IMG/VR virus record: IMGVR_UViG_3300044723_002141
Span: 1 to 29,244 of that record
From: a virus
Taxonomy: Duplodnaviria; Caudoviricetes
Length of the DNA: 29,244 bases
Direction: 5' to 3' (one strand)
The stretch's first letter is position 1; each line of letters starts with the position of its first letter. Below are positions 24,493-29,244 of the stretch, piece by piece. Below the pieces are notes generated by a model. That model was not told the origin of the DNA. It was given only the letters and a program-made list of their open reading frames with translations, and did not search any database. The position numbers were made by a program, and so were the translations under genes.

Positions 24493-26424
24493 ATGGCTTC
24501 TATACTCGACAGATTCAAAAATTTTGTTTCCAAAAACGCACAAAAAACGCATATAGATTTTAACAGAGCAATTTATAATTACCTTGGCGAAACTATTGTT
24601 TGGAATCCAGAAAACGATGATACCTATATTAACAAGGGTTACAGATACAATTCAACGATTTACTCGATAATAAACCTAATAACAAAAGCTGCGACAACCG
24701 TACCGTTTCAAGTTTACGAAATCCAAAATGAAAACGATTTAAAACGTTACAAGGCACTAACCTCTGGCGACTTTAATTCAACCGCTTTACATAACGCTAA
24801 AGTGCTGCAAAAAAAAGCAATGGTTGAGTTATCCGATACCGAACTGCACAATATTTTAGAGCGCCCAAACCCAGCGCAATCTTATAACGCTTGGATTCAA
24901 GAAATTATTGCGTTTGGTAAATTAACAGGAAACCGATATATCTACGGCATAACGCCAGATACAGGCGCAAACGCTAATAAGTTTGTTGAGATGTACGTTT
25001 TGCCTTCACAGGTTACTGAAATCGTGTCTGGTGGTTTATTTGAGCCTGTCAAAGAATACACCTTGCAATACAACGGAACGTATCGCATACCAGCTGATGC
25101 CGTTTGTCATATAAAAGATTTTAACCCTTATTATGATGGAACTGGCTCACACCTTTACGGAATGTCGCCGCTAAAAGCTGGACTACGCTCAATGACTACA
25201 AATAACGAAGCCATAACAACAGGCGTTAAGTATTTACAAAATCAAACAGCCAGGGGGGTACTAATGTCTGACGAGGGTGATTTAACAGAAGTACAAGCCC
25301 AACAGCTAAAACAAAAATTCAAACAAACTTATCAAGGCTCGGATAATGCTGGCGATGTAATTATAACGCCCAAAAAATTATCTTGGGTTAATTTCGGCTT
25401 AAACGCTTCTGACTTGTCGCTGATTGAACAATACAACGCATCGATTAAAGACCTTTGTAATATTTACAACGTTCCTGTTCAGTTGCTTAACAATACCGAC
25501 GCATCTACGTATAACAATATGAAAGAGGCAAAGAAAGCGTTATACCAAAACGCCGTGATGCCCGAACTAATTAAAATCCGCGAAGAACTTAACCGTTGGC
25601 TTACTCCTAAATACGGCGAAAAACTTTACATTGATTTTGATTTTACTGTTATCCCAGAACTTCAAGAGGAAATGGATAAGGTCGTTGACCAAATGGGTAA
25701 AGCCTGGTGGATTACGCCTAACGAAAAACGTGCTGCGATGTCTTACGGTATTGACGAAGATAACACCAAATTAGATGATTATTACGTACCCGCTAACCTT
25801 ATGCCAATAAGCGGTGAAGGCATCGAAATTCCAGAGCCAAAAGGTCAAGCGATAGATTACAGCGAACTTTTAAAGGCGCAGGTTTCTGGACACCCAAATA
25901 TCTACACAACAATAGCCGAAGCGGTTGCAAGAGCGCAGGAACTTGGTGGTGATGGTTATCACGCCCATATGATGAACGGCACAACGGTTTATATGCCTTT
26001 TGAAACGCACGAGGAGTGGGAATTGATACAACAAGGCGCATATGATAACGTACAGCCACAACAAGAAGCCGCAGAGCCAAAAGAAGTAATTACAAAAGCA
26101 TCATACGATGATTATCCTCAAGCGGCTACAAACAACGCTCGTAGAATGTTAGAGTGGCGCGAAAAGTATGGTCGTGATGAAGTAAAGGGGGGGACTGCCG
26201 TAGGGTGGCAAAGAGCCAACCAACTTGCTAATAGAGAAAAATTATCAATAGATGTAATTTCAAGAATGGCGCAATTTAACCGCCATAGACAAAACGCCGA
26301 AATTGACCCTAAATATAAAGACGAACCCTGGAAAGATAATGGCTATGTGGCTTGGAATCTTTGGGGTGGAACTGCTGGTGTTGATTGGGCAATTAAAAAG
26401 ATAAAACAAATACGAGGCGAATAA
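24493..26424 (+). CDS. HK97-type portal protein with ~200-aa C-terminal extension
   Basis: LERPNP, LTGN.Y, YGMSPL, YNVP.QLL, TYNN, ITPNEKR; core ends near YYVPANLMPI (~25810). Confidence 0.93.
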   Translation: MASILDRFKNFVSKNAQKTHIDFNRAIYNYLGETIVWNPENDDTYINKGYRYNSTIYSIINLITKAATTVPFQVYEIQNENDLKRYKALTSGDFNSTALHNAKVLQKKAMVELSDTELHNILERPNPAQSYNAWIQEIIAFGKLTGNRYIYGITPDTGANANKFVEMYVLPSQVTEIVSGGLFEPVKEYTLQYNGTYRIPADAVCHIKDFNPYYDGTGSHLYGMSPLKAGLRSMTTNNEAITTGVKYLQNQTARGVLMSDEGDLTEVQAQQLKQKFKQTYQGSDNAGDVIITPKKLSWVNFGLNASDLSLIEQYNASIKDLCNIYNVPVQLLNNTDASTYNNMKEAKKALYQNAVMPELIKIREELNRWLTPKYGEKLYIDFDFTVIPELQEEMDKVVDQMGKAWWITPNEKRAAMSYGIDEDNTKLDDYYVPANLMPISGEGIEIPEPKGQAIDYSELLKAQVSGHPNIYTTIAEAVARAQELGGDGYHAHMMNGTTVYMPFETHEEWELIQQGAYDNVQPQQEAAEPKEVITKASYDDYPQAATNNARRMLEWREKYGRDEVKGGTAVGWQRANQLANREKLSIDVISRMAQFNRHRQNAEIDPKYKDEPWKDNGYVAWNLWGGTAGVDWAIKKIKQIRGE

Positions 26425-27356
26425 TGCCACTACCGAAACCGAGAACGAACGAAGATAGAGCCGATTTTGTACAACGCTGCATTATTAATCCAGAGGTGGT
26501 TGCTGAATTTTCAACGCAAGCGCAGCGAGTAGCTGTTTGTTATGAGTTATATAATAACAAGGCGCAAAACAAAGCAACGGACAAAGAGGCTAAAGAATGG
26601 CAAGCGGATTTTGAAACGGAATTAGATAAAGCCGAGGAAAAAGAAATCGTACCAATTCGCCGTTATTACCAACGTGAGTTTTATAAAAGCGTTGACGAAT
26701 ACATAGCAACAGGAAAAACAAATTATTGGACTGGTTATTTTAAAGAAGTAGAATTGGCTGCTTTATATTCTGTTTTGTACCGTAACGTAGGCGATAGGTT
26801 TTCAAAGTTTTATTACAACCGTTTTACAGGCAAATACCCGAATGAATTTAACGTAAGTGGCTACAATTCTATTTGGCGACAAAAGTTTTCAGAAGCTGGT
26901 TTAAAAATCGCCCAATACAAAGGTCAAGGCGTTTCTTTATCCTCACAACAGGAGATTGTACGGGTTTTAAATAAATTTCATAAAGTACCAGAGTTCCAAG
27001 CTTTAAACGAACGCGAGGCGAGTAAAATATTAAGAAACCAATTTAAAAACATAGCCGATTGGAAAGCAAGACGAATTGTAAGAACGGAAGCCACAAATGC
27101 AGCAAACTTTGCAACGCTACAAACTGCGACCGATATGTACGGAAGCGACAACATAGTCAAACAATGGATTGCTGCTCTCGACACAAGAACAAGAGATGCG
27201 CACGCCATTGCAAACGGTCTGATTGCAATAGGAAATGAAAAATTTAAGGTAGGGGGGGAGGAACTTTCTCACCCTGGTTCTGGTTCTATTGCGGCTAACA
27301 ACATAAACTGTCGCTGCTCGATAATTACAACCCCAAGACAAGTTTCTATAATTTAA
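26424..27356 (+). CDS. Head morphogenesis protein (Mu gpF / SPP1 gp7 family)
   Basis: ARRIVRTE, KQW...D.RTR.AH, INCRCS. Confidence 0.9.
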   Translation: MPLPKPRTNEDRADFVQRCIINPEVVAEFSTQAQRVAVCYELYNNKAQNKATDKEAKEWQADFETELDKAEEKEIVPIRRYYQREFYKSVDEYIATGKTNYWTGYFKEVELAALYSVLYRNVGDRFSKFYYNRFTGKYPNEFNVSGYNSIWRQKFSEAGLKIAQYKGQGVSLSSQQEIVRVLNKFHKVPEFQALNEREASKILRNQFKNIADWKARRIVRTEATNAANFATLQTATDMYGSDNIVKQWIAALDTRTRDAHAIANGLIAIGNEKFKVGGEELSHPGSGSIAANNINCRCSIITTPRQVSII

Positions 27357-27364
27357 TATCTTTG
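27357..27364 (+). promoter_or_regulatory. -7 element 4 nt before protease ATG
   Basis: TATCTTTG-CATT-ATG. Confidence 0.65.
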
Positions 27365-27368
27365 CATT

Positions 27369-28055
27369 ATGAATACAATGTTATATAAATCAACTCATTT
27401 AGGCGAGGTAATTGATGCCGATGAAAAAATGGGAATCGTAAAAGGTTATGGTTCTGTTTTTGGGAATGTAGATTCCGACGGCGATATTATCACAAAAGGC
27501 GCATACACTAAAACAATAAGCGAAAACGGTAATCGAGTAAAGTATCTTTACCAGCACGATATGGATAAGCCTATCGGTAAAATGATACACCTTGAGGAGG
27601 ACGCTAAAGGTTTGGTATTTGAGGCGCAAGTGCCTAAAACGCAACTTGGAAAAGATGTAATCGAGTTAATGAAAGCTGGAGTAATTTCTGAAAACTCCGT
27701 AGGTATTTTACCACTACAAAAAAGAATGAACGGCGAATATCGCGAACTTACCGAAGTTAAATTATTTGAAATTTCAGCGGTTACTTTAGCTGCTAATGAC
27801 CAAGCAATGATTTTGGATGTAAAAGGAAACGTGGATTTGGAAAAGGTAACAAAGCGTTATGACAAAATCGCCCGATTAATTCGTAAAGGCGAAATTTCCG
27901 ATGAACTTGGATTCGCCCTTGAAGCTGAAATCTTAAAACTCAAATCAATATACGTAAACGCTACTCTGCCGACCGTTGAAGTCACAGAGCCAGAAATCGT
28001 AAAAACTGACACGAGTGAGATTGTTAAATATTTGTATAATCGTTTAAATAAATAA
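27369..28055 (+). CDS. HK97 prohead protease
   Basis: GYGSVFGNVDSDGD, LYQHD...PIG, NSVG, LFEISAVT.AAN. Confidence 0.95.
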   Translation: MNTMLYKSTHLGEVIDADEKMGIVKGYGSVFGNVDSDGDIITKGAYTKTISENGNRVKYLYQHDMDKPIGKMIHLEEDAKGLVFEAQVPKTQLGKDVIELMKAGVISENSVGILPLQKRMNGEYRELTEVKLFEISAVTLAANDQAMILDVKGNVDLEKVTKRYDKIARLIRKGEISDELGFALEAEILKLKSIYVNATLPTVEVTEPEIVKTDTSEIVKYLYNRLNK

Positions 28056-28057
28056 TA

Positions 28058-29244
28058 ATGAACGAAGAACTAAAAAACCAACTTGACCAAATCGGTAACT
28101 TGGTTGATTCAAAAATCGAAAAAGCGTTCAATTCTGCAAAGGATAACGCAAGAGGTGAGGTTGAGGAGTCACTAAAAAGTGAAATCTCTAACCTTTCTAA
28201 TGAGTATTTGGCAAAGCACGAAGCTATCGCCAAAAGAATGGATGAAATGGAAGTAAACGCCAAGAAAACTTTGGCGGGGGCTACTCCTAAATCATTTAAA
28301 GGTGCTTTGGATGCAGCTATCAAAGAAGGTGCAATCGAAGCTATGCTAAAAGGAAACAGCAACGCTGCTTCTTTCGAAGTTAAAGCCGATATGACAATGG
28401 CAGCTGATTTTACAGGTGTTGTTGCTGGCGAAACTATCGTACCACAATTTAAGTATGACCCATCAAGAAGCATCCACATCCGTAGCTTGATTCCTAACGG
28501 TTCAACTGACGCGCAAACTATTCGTTTCCCTAAAGAAAGCGGATATGCTGACAACGCGGCTGCAACTGCTCAAGGTTCTACTCTTGGTCAATCAGATTTC
28601 GATATTACAGCGACTTCTGTAAACTTGGAGAAAATCGGTACTTATATGAGAATCACCGAAGAAATGTTAAATGATACTCCACAGCTATCATCTTACCTTT
28701 CTGCACGTGTTCCTGGTAAAGTACTTTCTGTTGAAGATACTGAAATCCTTAACGGTGATGGTTCATCTCCAAACCTTGATGGTTTGTTTACTGATGGTGC
28801 TGCTTTCGTTACTGGCTCTGGTGGTGCTTTCTATCAGTCTATCGAATCAGCTAATGAGTATGATGTACTTATTTCAGCTTTAAACCAGTTAGCGCTTTCT
28901 AACTACCAAGCTGATACTATTCTTTTGAACCCAACAGATTTGCACAAAATCGTATTGCTAAAATCAACTGCAAACGAGTACTTGCGTCAGCAAATCTACA
29001 CAGGCGTTCAACCTACAATTATGGGTATTCCTGTAACTGTAAATACCGCCGTAACAGCTGGTAAATTCTTGGTTGGTAACTTGGCACAAGCTACTCAACT
29101 TTGGATTCGTGAAAACCTTGCAGTTAGCTTTAGCCGTGAAGATTCTACAAACTTCCGTGATGGCTTTATTACTGTTAAGGCTCAAGAGCGAGTGGCACTT
29201 ACTAACTATCAGCCAAACGCGATTGTTCAAGGTACATTTAGCAC
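28058..29244 (+). CDS. HK97-fold major capsid protein (3' end runs off the window; missing from ORF track)
   Basis: Frame from ATG 28058 (MNEELKNQLDQIG...) has an N-terminal coiled-coil delta region, KIGTYMRITEEMLND, ILNGDG, LNPTD, and ends ..PNAIVQGTFS at the edge. Confidence 0.95.
   Translation, partial: MNEELKNQLDQIGNLVDSKIEKAFNSAKDNARGEVEESLKSEISNLSNEYLAKHEAIAKRMDEMEVNAKKTLAGATPKSFKGALDAAIKEGAIEAMLKGNSNAASFEVKADMTMAADFTGVVAGETIVPQFKYDPSRSIHIRSLIPNGSTDAQTIRFPKESGYADNAAATAQGSTLGQSDFDITATSVNLEKIGTYMRITEEMLNDTPQLSSYLSARVPGKVLSVEDTEILNGDGSSPNLDGLFTDGAAFVTGSGGAFYQSIESANEYDVLISALNQLALSNYQADTILLNPTDLHKIVLLKSTANEYLRQQIYTGVQPTIMGIPVTVNTAVTAGKFLVGNLAQATQLWIRENLAVSFSREDSTNFRDGFITVKAQERVALTNYQPNAIVQGTFS

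Noticed and set aside
28024-28554. 176-aa minus-strand ORF and the other minus-strand ORFs in the track
   Set aside because: They are antisense shadows of well-supported + strand genes and carry no recognisable motifs.

Overview
The window is a near-complete (~29.2 kb), apparently circularly permuted genome of a long-tailed dsDNA phage with an HK97-type head; every credible gene is on the + strand. Eleven intergenic TAnnTTTG boxes (the Bacteroidota sigma -7 element) and A-rich starts without Shine-Dalgarno sequences point to a Bacteroidota host. Gene order: neck genes, lysis cassette (small membrane proteins, M15 peptidase, 3TM holin), tail fibre with C-terminal chaperone, tail tube, chaperone with lambda-type GGGAAAG -1 frameshift, tape measure, two tail-tip proteins, terminator, recombination/replication module, ParB-N gene plus a mom-like remnant, terminases, portal, gpF, protease and capsid (cut off at the right edge). 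I saw no integrase, DNA polymerase, tRNA or CRISPR array. The best novelty candidate is a ~98-nt kissing-loop/terminator leader RNA overlaid by a 35-codon uORF directly in front of the replication initiator. Also notable: apparently leaderless key genes, no GATC or CATG found on reading alongside a dead DNA-modification gene, and accessory domains on the portal and tail-tip proteins. All family calls come from motif recognition by eye, not database searches.
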